Origin: Campylobacterales bacterium
GTDB taxonomy: Bacteria > Campylobacterota > Campylobacteria > Campylobacterales > Sulfurimonadaceae
Length of the DNA: 34,808 nucleotides
Assembly: GCA_038205935.1 (NCBI GenBank)
Contig: JBBRBK010000015.1
Span: 1-34,808 of the forward strand
Direction of reading: 5' to 3'
The notes below the pieces were generated by a model. The model was not told where the DNA came from, made no database searches, and saw nothing but the letters and a program-made list of their open reading frames with translations. A program made the position numbers and the translations under genes. The first letter of the stretch is position 1, and every line of letters begins with the position of its first letter. Shown piece after piece: positions 9,498 through 20,052 of the stretch.

Positions 9498-11377
9498 TTA
9501 AAAGTGAAATAGATAAAGCTCCATCTCTTCTTTTGGAATAGGGCGGCTGTAGTAATATCCTTGAATATTCTCACATCCATTGTCGAGTAAAAAATCTTTT
9601 TGTTTTTGATGTTCAACACCCTCTGCGATGATTTTTAAATTTAAACTTTTAGCGAGGGCTATAACCGCTTTTGAAATGGCACAATCCTCTTCATCTTCTG
9701 GGATGTAATCTATAAAAGGTTTATCGATTTTGAGCTTATCTACAGGCAGACGTTTGAGATATGCCAAAGAGGAATAGCCTGTTCCAAAGTCATCAATAGC
9801 TATCTCAATACCCATATCGCTGATAATATTTAATTTTTTGATAGAAGCAAGCGGATCTTGCATCATCTGTGTCTCCGTGATCTCTAGTTCAAGCCAATTG
9901 AGATTAAAACCTATTTCTTTCGCAGTCTTTGTGAGATAATTGATGAAATCATCATTTACCAGCTGTTTTATAAAAAGATTAAGTGATAAAACTTCCGGAT
10001 TCATCCCAATGTTATACCAATGTGTGAAATCCTTCATTGCTTGCTTCATAACATAATTGTCCAAGTGGATGATAAATCCACTTTCCTCAGCAAGAGGTCT
10101 TTTGGATAAGCGCTGATACCGATACTTGCAGAAATATAGATTTCATGGTTGTTGACTATGAGTTTAGTATTGATAATATCAAGCAGTTTTTGCGCTACTT
10201 CCGCGGCGGCTGTGGGTGTTTTGATGTTTTGTAATATAACAGTAAATTCATCGCCGCCTAAACGGGAAAGTGAGTTTTCTATCCTGACACAAGGTATCAT
10301 TGATCTCTTTAAAGTTATCCAGATCGATAAATAAAAGTGCAAAACTCTCATCATGTCTTTTTGAATTTGCAATAGACTGTTCAAGCCGATCATCAAAAAG
10401 GATACGGTTTGGCAAATTGGTGAGCTGATCATGATACGCTTGGTGGTTTAAAAGTTCAGTTTATTTTTGAAGTTTGTTTTCGACCTCTTTTTTTTGTGTG
10501 ATATCTTGAGAAAATCCTATAATACCGATCACTTCACCGATATCATTTTTCAAGAGAGAAAGAGTGGTATCTGACCTCGTTTAAAATCATTTGTCCGTTC
10601 AGGAGGATATTGATAATAACGCCGTCATCTCTTAGAGCTCTGAGTTCAATACTTTTAATCTTACCATCACGCATCTCATTCAGTGTTTTGGTAGCTTTTG
10701 GCTTATCCTCTTCTACGATTCTACTCAAAAATGAGTCAAGGGTAGGCTCTACACTTTTATATTTAAAGGCTCTATCTCTTCGTTACTAAGATCTGGCATA
10801 AAACGGCGTCTTACCATGCACGAGTAGACGAAGATAGCTTCTATGGGTTGACTTAACAGTTTATTTTGTGACACTACAGAAGAGTGCAGTATCGATGCAG
10901 CATCACCATAACCAAAATGTACGATGTCCCCGTTTGACAAGTTTCCAGCAAAGGAGAGTGAACCATCATCATGACGCGCCAATACTGCTCGGGCAATACT
11001 TTTTCCATCTTTTTTGATAACTAAAAGATACTCGATACCGATGCCAGGAAGCTGCTGCGCGGTTTCTTCACCAAGATATTTTTTATAAATATCATACGCC
11101 GAGATGCCATCTATGGTATAAACTCTGTTTTTCTCTACATGTGTGATAATCATATCTCTACCTAGAGTAAGCCAATTAAAATTATAGTCGGTAAAGACCA
11201 TGAGTTCTTTATTTGATAGTGAGACTCCAACTGCACCGTTTGAGACTATTTTATCTCTTGTAAAAACGTAAGTAGCACTAAATGTTGCATAATCTCCAGC
11301 CATTCCTCCAGCGACTATAACTTTCTCCTCTGCTGATGCTAACCCTTGTAAATACTCTTCACCATCATGAACTAAAG
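9498..11377 (-). pseudogene. Fragmented FIST-PAS-GGDEF-EAL signalling gene
   Basis: Ordered fragments in different frames: FIST (GGMAGD...YSCMVRR), a PAS remnant, HQAYHDQLTNLPNR...FIDLDNFKEINDTL, SRLGGDEF...SASIGISAYPKD, and the EAL C-half (LELEITE, IAIDDFGTGYSSL, QGYYYSRP). There is no N-terminus. Confidence 0.88.
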
Positions 11378-11549
11378 CCTAATGTTTTTTTAAGTTATTT
11401 GTATCAAAAGTATCCTTTACTTTACCCTTTAGTTGATTAAATATACTGATATTTATATCTTTAAAACAGTTAAATTTTTCCTACAGGATAGTTTGCAGAT
11501 ATAAGGATTTATAGTTTCAATTTACAATTATAAGATAAACATCACTTCT

Positions 11550-14500
11550 ATGTTACAATCTAGTAGACTCAAATTTCAGGATGGTAAAATGTTTTTTTTA
11601 CGATATAAAAACTCTTTATTTGTAAAAAATCTTTTGCAAACTGTTGTTGTATTTGTTTTACTTTCTATCTCATTTATCATTTATGTTTATTCAGAAAAAC
11701 AAATTGATCTTGAAAATGAGTTGCGTTTACGCTCATTGATGCTTGCTGATGAACTACAACGCTCATCTAATGACCTAACAAAAATGGTGCGTACCTATGC
11801 TGTTACGGGTGATGTTATATATAAAAAACATTATCAAGAGATACTTGATATACGTAATGGTAAAAAGCCACGCCCTGTTGAATATCAAAATATTTATTGG
11901 GACTTAGTCAGCATAGATGATAAACGTCCACATCCTTTTTCTAATCAAACAATTTCATTACTAGATATGATGCGTCAAGTTGGATTTACAGAGCAAGAGT
12001 TTGAAAAATTAGCAGAAGCTAAAAATAATTCAGATGCCCTAACAAAAACAGAATTTGATGCTATGAAACTTATTGAGACTAGCGGCTCAAATGAGCAAAA
12101 AATAAAAAATAGAGAAAAAGCTATCGAGATTCTATTTGATGTGAAATATCATAATGCAAAATCTTCTATTATGCTTCCCCTTGAAGAGTTTGATCATTTA
12201 ATGAAAACACGAACTGATATTGCAGTGCATAAAGCTGTAATTTTTGCGCTTATTTTACGCATAACCTTTATCTTGATGGGTGCTTTCTTTTTCATTATGC
12301 TTTGGCGTTTATATCGAACTTTACATAAGATACTTGGAACTTCTGTAGAGAACTTACATACGCAGATTATGCGTATTGGTAGAGGAGATTTTTCAGTACC
12401 AATTCAAGTTGATGCAAAGATGAAAAATAGTGTTTTAGCTTGGCTGGGCGGAATGCAAGTAACGCTAATGGAACTTATGGCATATAATGAACGGCTAAAA
12501 AATCTGTATGCAGCGCTCAGCCAATGTAATCAGGCAATCGTCCGTTCAAAAAATGAAGATGAGCTTTTCCCCATTATTTGTCATGATGCCGTTCTATTTG
12601 GCGGTATGAAAATGGCATGGATTGGTATGGCTGATGAATTTAATAATCATCTTAGCGCTGTGAACTTTTATGGCGATGGCAGTAATTATCTTGAAGGGAT
12701 TTCGATATCAATAGATCCATCAGATATTGCGAGTCAGGGACCTACTGGAAGTGCATTTTTAAACGATACACCTTTTTGGTGTCAAGATTTTCAAAACGAT
12801 TCTATAACAGCTCTTTGGCACGAAAGAGGAAAAAAATATGGATGGGGTTCATCAGCGGCATTACCTTTGCATCGTAATGGAAAAGTCGTTGGCGTATTTA
12901 CACTCTACTCTAAAGATGTAAATGCATTTGATGAACCTGCGCAAAAACTCCTCGAAGAGATGACTATGGACATTAGCTATGCTCTTGATAGTTTTGAACG
13001 TGAGAGAATGCGTGAAAAAGCTGAATCAGCTTTGAAAACGAGCCAAGAGTATTTGCAATCAATTATTGAAAATGAGCCAGAATGTGTCAAACTAGTCGGA
13101 CTTGATGGTAGGTTGATCGATATAAACCCTGCTGGTTTAGCAATGCTAGAAGTAGAGACTCTTCAAGAAGCTCAAAATTATAGTTTGAGCAGTTTTGTAC
13201 TTCCCCATTGGCGTGCTACATTTAATGAAATGTTTCAAAGTGTTATGGGAGGAGAAACTGCAAAATTGGAGTTTGAGATACAAGGGCTCAAGGGAACACA
13301 TCGCTGGGTAGAAAGCAATGCAGTTCCCATGCATGATAGTGATGGAAATATCACGATGATCTTAGGTATTACCCGTGATGTAACACAGCGCAAAGAAAAT
13401 GAAAAACGAATCAACTATCTTGCAAATTTTGATGCTTTAACCGGTTTACCAAATAGAACGCAGCTTGATATTCGTATCAAAGATTTACTCAGCATTGCCA
13501 GACGACATAAGCAAGAATTTTCGATTATGTTTCTTGACCTTGATCATTTTAAAGATATTAATGACACATTGGGCCACAGAATTGGAGATGAATTACTCAT
13601 TCATGCTTCTCATCGACTTAAGACGATTTTACGAGAAGAAGATACTTTAGCAAGGTTTGGAGGCGATGAGTTTATTATATTGCTTCCAAATATCGACATG
13701 AATGGAGTTTCACAAGTAGCTCAAAAACTTTTGGATACATTTAAAAAGCCTTTTAATATTGAGAGTAATGAACTCAGTATCAGTGTTTCGATAGGTATTG
13801 CGCTGTATCCAAATGATGGATTAGATTTTGACACGCTCTATAAAAATGCCGATACGGCCATGTACCGAGCAAAAAAAGAGGGACGAAATGGCTTTTATTT
13901 TTTTACAGATGAGATGCAAAAAAACTCTGTCCGACATCTTGAACTAAGCAATGCGCTTCGTCATGCACTTGAGCGTAATCAATTTCAACTTCATTATCAA
14001 CCTCAGTTTTCTACCGAAAAAAGAACTATCATTGGTGCAGAAGCATTATTGCGCTGGCATCATCCTGAGTTTGGAAATATTTCTCCTGCTGAGTTTATCC
14101 CAATGGCTGAAGAAAATGGAACGATTCTATCCATAGGTGAATGGGTTCTGCGCACAGCAGTAAAATCTGCAAAACAGTGGATGAATGAGGGAATGGAACC
14201 CATTATCATGGCAGTAAATCTCTCAGCTATACAATTTAGAACACACAATTTACCAGACTTGGTAGCAAATATTCTCAAAGAGACTGGTTTGCCACCAGAA
14301 TATTTGGAACTTGAATTGACAGAAGGTGTTGCGATGCAAGACCCGCAAAGAGCGATCGGTATGATGAATGAGATACACTCCAAGGGCGTGAGAATGTCAA
14401 TCGATGATTTTGGTACCGGCTATTCATCTTTGAGTTATCTCAAAAAGTTCAATATCTACAAACTCAAAATTGACCAATCATTTATACGAGATATTAATGT

Positions 14501-14708
14501 TGATCCTGAAGATAAAGCGATCGTTGCTGCGATTATCAGTATGGCTAAAAGTTTGGGATTCCAAACAATCGCGGAGGGAGTTGAAACTATTGGTCAGCTT
14601 GATTATCTCCATGAGCAAGGATGTGACGAGATACAAGGGTACTATTTTTCAAAGCCATTGCCAATTGAAGAGTTTGAGGCTTTTAGATTGATAGCAAGTA
14701 ATATCTAA
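11550..14708 (+). CDS. Membrane-anchored GAF-PAS-GGDEF-EAL diguanylate cyclase/phosphodiesterase; start may be 11589
   Basis: Two hydrophobic segments flank a sensor region, followed by GAF, PAS (GITRDVT), DALTGLPNR, RFGGDEF, EALLRW and IDDFGTGYSSL. Confidence 0.95.
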   Translation: MLQSSRLKFQDGKMFFLRYKNSLFVKNLLQTVVVFVLLSISFIIYVYSEKQIDLENELRLRSLMLADELQRSSNDLTKMVRTYAVTGDVIYKKHYQEILDIRNGKKPRPVEYQNIYWDLVSIDDKRPHPFSNQTISLLDMMRQVGFTEQEFEKLAEAKNNSDALTKTEFDAMKLIETSGSNEQKIKNREKAIEILFDVKYHNAKSSIMLPLEEFDHLMKTRTDIAVHKAVIFALILRITFILMGAFFFIMLWRLYRTLHKILGTSVENLHTQIMRIGRGDFSVPIQVDAKMKNSVLAWLGGMQVTLMELMAYNERLKNLYAALSQCNQAIVRSKNEDELFPIICHDAVLFGGMKMAWIGMADEFNNHLSAVNFYGDGSNYLEGISISIDPSDIASQGPTGSAFLNDTPFWCQDFQNDSITALWHERGKKYGWGSSAALPLHRNGKVVGVFTLYSKDVNAFDEPAQKLLEEMTMDISYALDSFERERMREKAESALKTSQEYLQSIIENEPECVKLVGLDGRLIDINPAGLAMLEVETLQEAQNYSLSSFVLPHWRATFNEMFQSVMGGETAKLEFEIQGLKGTHRWVESNAVPMHDSDGNITMILGITRDVTQRKENEKRINYLANFDALTGLPNRTQLDIRIKDLLSIARRHKQEFSIMFLDLDHFKDINDTLGHRIGDELLIHASHRLKTILREEDTLARFGGDEFIILLPNIDMNGVSQVAQKLLDTFKKPFNIESNELSISVSIGIALYPNDGLDFDTLYKNADTAMYRAKKEGRNGFYFFTDEMQKNSVRHLELSNALRHALERNQFQLHYQPQFSTEKRTIIGAEALLRWHHPEFGNISPAEFIPMAEENGTILSIGEWVLRTAVKSAKQWMNEGMEPIIMAVNLSAIQFRTHNLPDLVANILKETGLPPEYLELELTEGVAMQDPQRAIGMMNEIHSKGVRMSIDDFGTGYSSLSYLKKFNIYKLKIDQSFIRDINVDPEDKAIVAAIISMAKSLGFQTIAEGVETIGQLDYLHEQGCDEIQGYYFSKPLPIEEFEAFRLIASNI

Positions 14709-14710
14709 TG

Positions 14711-15421
14711 TTATGTAATATCCGCACTCTGTCTGGTAGCTCCTCTCTGCCAATATAAAAATAAAATAGTCGATATCCCCGCACTCCCTAGCACCATGGC
14801 CATCACTACTATCTGGTATCGTGCCGCAATAAGTGGACTGACACCTGAGAGTATCTGCCCTGTCATCATCCCCGGAAGAGAAACAAGACCTACGGCTAAG
14901 AGCGTATTGACTTGAGGGATCATCGCGGCTTTAAAGGCTAAGAAGCGCGATTGTACATAGTCATTTACTTGAATCTCATAATCAAATCTTTCCACCGCAA
15001 TAGCCACAGCATTCATAGCATTGGCATAGATCATTCCAGCAAGTGGGATCATTACCATGGGTGTATAAAGAGATGTAAGATCTAACACAGCAATGAAGAC
15101 GATGAGCAAATTAAAACTGCCACCAATTGCAATAGCAGCGAAGATATGAGTATATTTTTGAAAGCTCTTTTGCTTACAACTTCGAAGCGCGATCATGCTT
15201 GAAACCGCTATCATAAAAATGACTATCGCAATTCCGATGATGGGCGAATCATCTTTAAATAAAAACTCTAGGACATAGCCAATCAGTAAAAGCTGAGAGG
15301 CCATCCTAAGCGTAGCATACGCGATCTCTTTTGCATCTCCAAGCCATCTATAATAAAAGTACCCTACAATAACAACAGGGAGTAGCATAAAGAGGAGGTT
15401 TACAAGTGGTATGGTATGCAT
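14711..15421 (-). CDS. UPF0014 family ABC transporter permease (FetB/YbbM-like)
   Basis: RMASQLLLIGY, IPLAGM, VGLVSLPGMMTGQILSG and AARYQIVVM. The start was moved to MHTIPL, after an AAGGA RBS. Confidence 0.85.
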   Translation of the reverse strand: MHTIPLVNLLFMLLPVVIVGYFYYRWLGDAKEIAYATLRMASQLLLIGYVLEFLFKDDSPIIGIAIVIFMIAVSSMIALRSCKQKSFQKYTHIFAAIAIGGSFNLLIVFIAVLDLTSLYTPMVMIPLAGMIYANAMNAVAIAVERFDYEIQVNDYVQSRFLAFKAAMIPQVNTLLAVGLVSLPGMMTGQILSGVSPLIAARYQIVVMAMVLGSAGISTILFLYWQRGATRQSADIT

Positions 15422-15588
15422 AGACATCCTTTGAACAAGAGAGATATGTATTGGGTTAATACCACTGCTCGTTAACGTTTGGATTATACCTTTTTTCAAA
15501 TTCATTTTCTAAGAGTCAAATATTTGATTTAAGCTCTTTTAGATAGGATTCTACTGGTAAAATATTTTAATAATTGACGAGGTTATAT

Positions 15589-16053
15589 ATGTTTAGTTCA
15601 GGTTTTTTAGGGACTTCTGCACCATTTTATATGGATTTTATTACAGTGTATTTTGCACTTTTGCCTATTTTTATGTTTCTTTCTATTCTCTTGGCCGTTA
15701 AAAAGCAATACGAAAAGCATTTCCTTTCTCAGCTGATTTTGTTTGCTGTGACTTTAGTTGTAGTTGTCATCTTTGAAGTAGGGGTAAGAGTTTCTGATGG
15801 CTTTATGGAGTTTATGCAAAATGCACATGTCTCATATGGCTTTATGATAACTTTCTTAATCGTACATGTAAGCATAGCGCTTGCAAGTGTTGTTCTTTGG
15901 TCGGCGCTTTTATATGGTGCTATAAAAAGTTACAAACTAGAAAACAAAGGTGTATCTGCTTCTCATAAAAAAGTAGGAAAATTGGTATTTTTAGGGATGA
16001 GTATCGCTTCATATATGGGAGTTGGAGTTTATTACTTGTTATTTCTGTATTAA
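15589..16053 (+). CDS. DUF420 family membrane protein
   Basis: Four hydrophobic helices with conserved His residues (KH, LIVHV, SHKKVGK); a GAGG RBS precedes the ATG at 15589. Confidence 0.7.
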   Translation: MFSSGFLGTSAPFYMDFITVYFALLPIFMFLSILLAVKKQYEKHFLSQLILFAVTLVVVVIFEVGVRVSDGFMEFMQNAHVSYGFMITFLIVHVSIALASVVLWSALLYGAIKSYKLENKGVSASHKKVGKLVFLGMSIASYMGVGVYYLLFLY

Positions 16054-16069
16054 ATCTTTAGAAAAAACA

Positions 16070-16096
16070 CTTTACATGTAAGCTTTACATGTAAAG
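16070..16096. repeat. Tandem double copy of the iterated palindrome (CTTTACATGTAAG CTTTACATGTAAAG)
   Basis: Read directly; intergenic between convergent genes. Confidence 0.9.
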
Positions 16097-16101
16097 AGTC
16101 T

Positions 16102-16121
16102 TTAGTAAACTGTTTTACTAA
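16102..16121. terminator. Weak hairpin between convergent genes
   Basis: TTAGTAAA-CTGT-TTTACTAA. Confidence 0.35.
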
Positions 16122-16124
16122 GAA

Positions 16125-16862
16125 TTAGTTCATATCATTAAATTCTTTGTCTGCTTCTTTTTGAAACTCATCATCCTTCTCTTTTTGAAGTTGAGCTTTT
16201 GTTAAAACCGCTTCATGAAGAAATTCACCGAAGAATGTTTTAGGTTGTTCATACGCTAAAAAGGTGTATGTTCCTGCAAAAAGCCCAATCATAGCCAAAG
16301 CAACAATCGCTTTTTGTATGAAGTTAAAAGTTTGTATAGGTTCTTTTATATGTATTTCACATATTCCCCCTGGGCAATATTGTGCATGCTTTCTAGTGAT
16401 AAATTCGTATATTATACAGCCAACACATATAGAAAAAGCACTTTCTAAGAACATTAAACTAGCACAAAGTACACAGATTAAAACTTTGTAAAAAGTTATA
16501 TCCCAGTTTAAAACAAACCACCAAACCATTGGTAACGAGATAAGCCAGCCGAGTGACCATGCAAAACGCTTTTGAATCCCACCTACATATTCTGGTTTTT
16601 GATTTTGAACGACAAATCTTCCTAAGAGTAAAGACGGCACGTATTTTGGACTTATCATTCTGAGCGTAAAGTCAACCCATAAAAATCCCAAATAGATTCG
16701 CGCTACCATTGTATGATTAAATCCTATTCCGACAAACATAATAATTGTTCCAAGAATTCCGAGTATCCCTGCAGCGGCTCTCGCTTCTCTTTCGTTGACA
16801 ACAGGGATATCATACCCCGCAACTTTCTCTCCATATTCCCATATAAAACTTCGTAAGCTCAA
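16125..16862 (-). CDS. DUF4395 family membrane protein
   Basis: VVNEREARAAAG, QKRFAW, LESAFSICVGC and CPGGIC; TTG start after an AAGGA RBS. Confidence 0.8.
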   Translation of the reverse strand: MSLRSFIWEYGEKVAGYDIPVVNEREARAAAGILGILGTIIMFVGIGFNHTMVARIYLGFLWVDFTLRMISPKYVPSLLLGRFVVQNQKPEYVGGIQKRFAWSLGWLISLPMVWWFVLNWDITFYKVLICVLCASLMFLESAFSICVGCIIYEFITRKHAQYCPGGICEIHIKEPIQTFNFIQKAIVALAMIGLFAGTYTFLAYEQPKTFFGEFLHEAVLTKAQLQKEKDDEFQKEADKEFNDMN

Positions 16863-17067
16863 AAAATATCCTTTAGTTGTCGTATCTAAAATGTTTTGTC
16901 TTTAATACTATCTAATTGTGAAATTAGATTAGGTTGGAGGTGGCATTTTTTGATACAAATAAAAAAATAGAGTTAAATTTTTACAATTTACTCAAATACA
17001 AAAATCAGAAGAAGAATGAAGGTAAAAAAAGCTTAATAATCTCCATCGTTCTAAAACAAAATTTCTT

Positions 17068-17505
17068 TTATAAATGGATAATATCACCTTTTTTAATAAC
17101 ACCACTATTTACTGCTTTTACGAAAATTCCGCGATCATCTTTAAGCAATTTAGGCAGTTTAGAATCTATTTTAGAAAGACCTTTACAGAGAGTACAGTTT
17201 TGAGTAAGTTCGAATGTGACTTCTCCAATTTTAAACCTGTCTCCTATATTTAAGCTGCTTATACTCCCCTCAATGAGAATATTTTCACCAAGGATCCCCT
17301 CTTGCAAATCTATATCTATTTGTTTTGCCATATTATAGGCATCTATAGAGCTGATTAAGATAGCTCGCAGAGGGTCTTTTGCATAAAATTTATCCTCTTT
17401 AACGCCTTCTGAATCTATATTGAGCTCATTCTTTATAAGTCTATGAGGTTCCTCTTTTATAGATATGTACAGCTCTTTAACTGTTGCTAAAATATTTTTT
17501 GACAT
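17068..17505 (-). CDS. MOSC domain protein (Moco sulfurase C-terminal-like)
   Basis: LGENILI, IGDRFKIG, QNCTLC and RGIFVKAVNSGVIKKGD. Confidence 0.88.
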   Translation of the reverse strand: MSKNILATVKELYISIKEEPHRLIKNELNIDSEGVKEDKFYAKDPLRAILISSIDAYNMAKQIDIDLQEGILGENILIEGSISSLNIGDRFKIGEVTFELTQNCTLCKGLSKIDSKLPKLLKDDRGIFVKAVNSGVIKKGDIIHL

Positions 17506-17985
17506 CTATTTCTTCTTTTTAAAACCGATTTTTTTCTCGTAAACATCTAGCTCCATTTTTTTGTAGCTGTCTGATTTAATATATTCAAGAACGACTGCGA
17601 ACTCATCTTCATTATAGATGCCTGGAAATAATCCGGCAACTGATTTATCTTTATCATAAAATAATGAAACAGGAAAACCAAATCCTACGTATTTTGTAAA
17701 CTCTTTCGCCGTTCCTTTAAAATCCTTATAGATCACCGTATCATTCTTTGAAGTTTCAATATCTGTATAAAGAAAATCACTTTTGATTCTTTTTTTAATA
17801 TTTGCAGTATCAAGAGTGAACATTGACATCTCTTGGCAGTAAACACAATCTTTCCAATGTAAATAAACGAAAAGATGTTTATGTTCTTTTGTCGCTGTAT
17901 CTATGAGCTTATCAAGATTTATTTCTGCAGAAAATGACAATATTTGTAAGGTAAGGAGGAGAAAGAGAGATCTTAATATTTTCAT
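17506..17985 (-). CDS. soxW: Exported thioredoxin-fold protein, SoxW-like
   Basis: Signal peptide, CVYC motif and GFP cis-Pro segment; lies directly downstream of soxZ. Confidence 0.7.
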   Translation of the reverse strand: MKILRSLFLLLTLQILSFSAEINLDKLIDTATKEHKHLFVYLHWKDCVYCQEMSMFTLDTANIKKRIKSDFLYTDIETSKNDTVIYKDFKGTAKEFTKYVGFGFPVSLFYDKDKSVAGLFPGIYNEDEFAVVLEYIKSDSYKKMELDVYEKKIGFKKKK

Positions 17986-18016
17986 ATAACAATCCTCTAT
18001 ATTTGTATTGCAGATC

Positions 18017-18038
18017 AAAGAGGGAATATTCCCTCTTT
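18017..18038 (-). terminator. Perfect 22-bp inverted repeat just after soxZ
   Basis: AAAGAGGGAAT|ATTCCCTCTTT. Confidence 0.6.
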
Positions 18039-18041
18039 AGA

Positions 18042-18341
18042 TTATCTGATTGCTTGTGTTTCTGTATCTTTGTTGCCTTTAAGGTCAACAGTGTTTACAA
18101 CAAGATTGTCTCCAGCTTTACCTTTAAAGCTAAAACCAACGATTGGGTTTTTAGAAAGGAACTGACTTGTAGAAGCGTCAAAAACCGCTTTACCATTTAC
18201 TGTTGCTTCAATATGTACAATAAAGTTTGCATCTTCGCTTTTACCAGTTTTTGCTTTTGCTTGATCGTAAGTTAACATGTCATGTTTGATCATAACTTTA
18301 GCTTCAACAAGATCGCCTTTTAATTTTGCTTTGATTTTCAT
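18042..18341 (-). CDS. soxZ: Sulfur carrier complex protein SoxZ
   Basis: MKIKAKLKG...MIKHDM, ANFIVHI, LSKNP and VDLKG; follows soxY. Confidence 0.92.
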   Translation of the reverse strand: MKIKAKLKGDLVEAKVMIKHDMLTYDQAKAKTGKSEDANFIVHIEATVNGKAVFDASTSQFLSKNPIVGFSFKGKAGDNLVVNTVDLKGNKDTETQAIR

Positions 18342-18387
18342 AAATATCCTTTAATTATTTTGTTTTTTGTATGTTGTAAAGGCTAAA

Positions 18388-18840
18388 TCAGCCTTCACAA
18401 CCACCTAGTGCAACGTCAAGAGATTTAGTTGTTGAGTAAAGTTTTCCATCTTTACCTTCAACTACAACTGTCATGCTTCCGCTTTTTTTCATTTTGATTT
18501 TTAATGAGTAATCAACTACACTACCCTCAACAACATTCCATACCATGATAGCACTTTCTGGATTTGCATCTTGAAACAATGCTACAGTTTTTGCAGGGAT
18601 ATCAGTAGCGATATCAACTGGGATTTGACCACCATTACTTGCAACTTTTGGGATAGTTAATTTAATAGCATCACTAGGAGTTGGTACTTTACCGAATAGT
18701 TTCGCTATTCCATCATTTACTGATTTAGATGTCCATACATCAGGTTTTGTTGCTCTAAAATCAAGAGCACTTAAACTCGCTGGAACCATTGTAGCTGCCG
18801 CTGCTAGTGCACCTAAACTTAAAAATTTTCTTCTTTGCAT
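18388..18840 (-). CDS. soxY: Sulfur carrier protein SoxY
   Basis: Tat signal QRRKFL, PKVASNGGQIPV, IKMKKS and a C-terminal GGCEG arm. Confidence 0.93.
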   Translation of the reverse strand: MQRRKFLSLGALAAAATMVPASLSALDFRATKPDVWTSKSVNDGIAKLFGKVPTPSDAIKLTIPKVASNGGQIPVDIATDIPAKTVALFQDANPESAIMVWNVVEGSVVDYSLKIKMKKSGSMTVVVEGKDGKLYSTTKSLDVALGGCEG

Positions 18841-18861
18841 TCTATTTCCTTTTTATTTAAA

Positions 18862-20052
18862 TTACTTGCTCATGTTGATCATATAATCAACAACTGCTTT
18901 AAGATCTGAATCCGCTAGATCTGCTCCGCCTTTTGGAGGCATGCCGTTAAGACCGTTTATTGCATTACCATACACTACGTCCATACCTTTAGCCGTTACC
19001 GTAGCCCATGCTTTTTTGTTTCCAACCACAGGAGCACCCATGCCATCAGCGCCGTGACACATCTTACAAGTTCCCTCGTATGACGCTTTAGCAGCATCAT
19101 TTGAACCCGCTTTTTTCTCTACTACTGGTAAATCTCTTACTGTAGATAAAGGCGGTAAGAAATCTTTCGTTTCAACTTTAATACGAGTTACCTTAGTTTC
19201 ACCTTTAATACAATCTGTCATACAACGTTCGCTAACAGTTTTTGCACCAATATTTTTTGGATCATTAAAGTATGCACGCGCATTATCTTGACCTTGTGGG
19301 CCATCAATTTTAGGTACGAAACCATCTTTATTTGGCATTACGATCTTTAAGAACTTCGCTCTATCTAAATCATAATCATCTCCAACTAACTCACCATCAA
19401 TTTTCATTTCATTGATATTAAGTATATAAGCAACCAATGCATAAACTTGATCATCAGTTAAGCTTTTTGGAGCTGGATGAGGCATACCCTCTTTGATGTA
19501 CCACCACATAGTACTTGCTTGTGGCCAGTATGTTCCAAATACACGATTTGGACCATCAGCGGTATCAGTAGTTCTTTGGTTAGTCAATGATTTTTGCCCA
19601 ACATAAGCATTGCCTTTTGCTAGAGACGGATATCCGCCACCACCTGAACCAAAATCTCCGTGACACATACCACACTTAGCATCATATAAGTCCGCACCAT
19701 CTTGAACATTTCCATGTCCCTCTGGTGGTGGAGCATATGGTGTTACAGATGTAGCCCATGCATCCAACTCATTTTTTGTTGGAGTGCGTCCGTAAGTGTA
19801 CCCTCCATTTTGCGTGTCAGAATTTACATAATAAACACCAGATTTGTTGTTGCTTACAGGATATGTAACACCACCATCAACAACAAGTTTTCCTGCATCT
19901 GGACCAGTTGCATATGAATGCGATGCACCCGTTGAGGAAACAGCACCAATTCCATCTGGAGAAGCATCACCGCCGACACATGCTGTTAGTCCAATAGACA
20001 CTGCCGCAATTAATGAAATTGATACCAGTGATTTACGATCTAATTTGAACAT
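18862..20052 (-). CDS. soxD: Sulfane dehydrogenase cytochrome c subunit SoxD (diheme)
   Basis: CGMCH and CKMCH heme motifs, YGRTPT, GTYWPQAST and MPPKGG; overlaps the end of soxC. Confidence 0.9.
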   Translation of the reverse strand: MFKLDRKSLVSISLIAAVSIGLTACVGGDASPDGIGAVSSTGASHSYATGPDAGKLVVDGGVTYPVSNNKSGVYYVNSDTQNGGYTYGRTPTKNELDAWATSVTPYAPPPEGHGNVQDGADLYDAKCGMCHGDFGSGGGGYPSLAKGNAYVGQKSLTNQRTTDTADGPNRVFGTYWPQASTMWWYIKEGMPHPAPKSLTDDQVYALVAYILNINEMKIDGELVGDDYDLDRAKFLKIVMPNKDGFVPKIDGPQGQDNARAYFNDPKNIGAKTVSERCMTDCIKGETKVTRIKVETKDFLPPLSTVRDLPVVEKKAGSNDAAKASYEGTCKMCHGADGMGAPVVGNKKAWATVTAKGMDVVYGNAINGLNGMPPKGGADLADSDLKAVVDYMINMSK

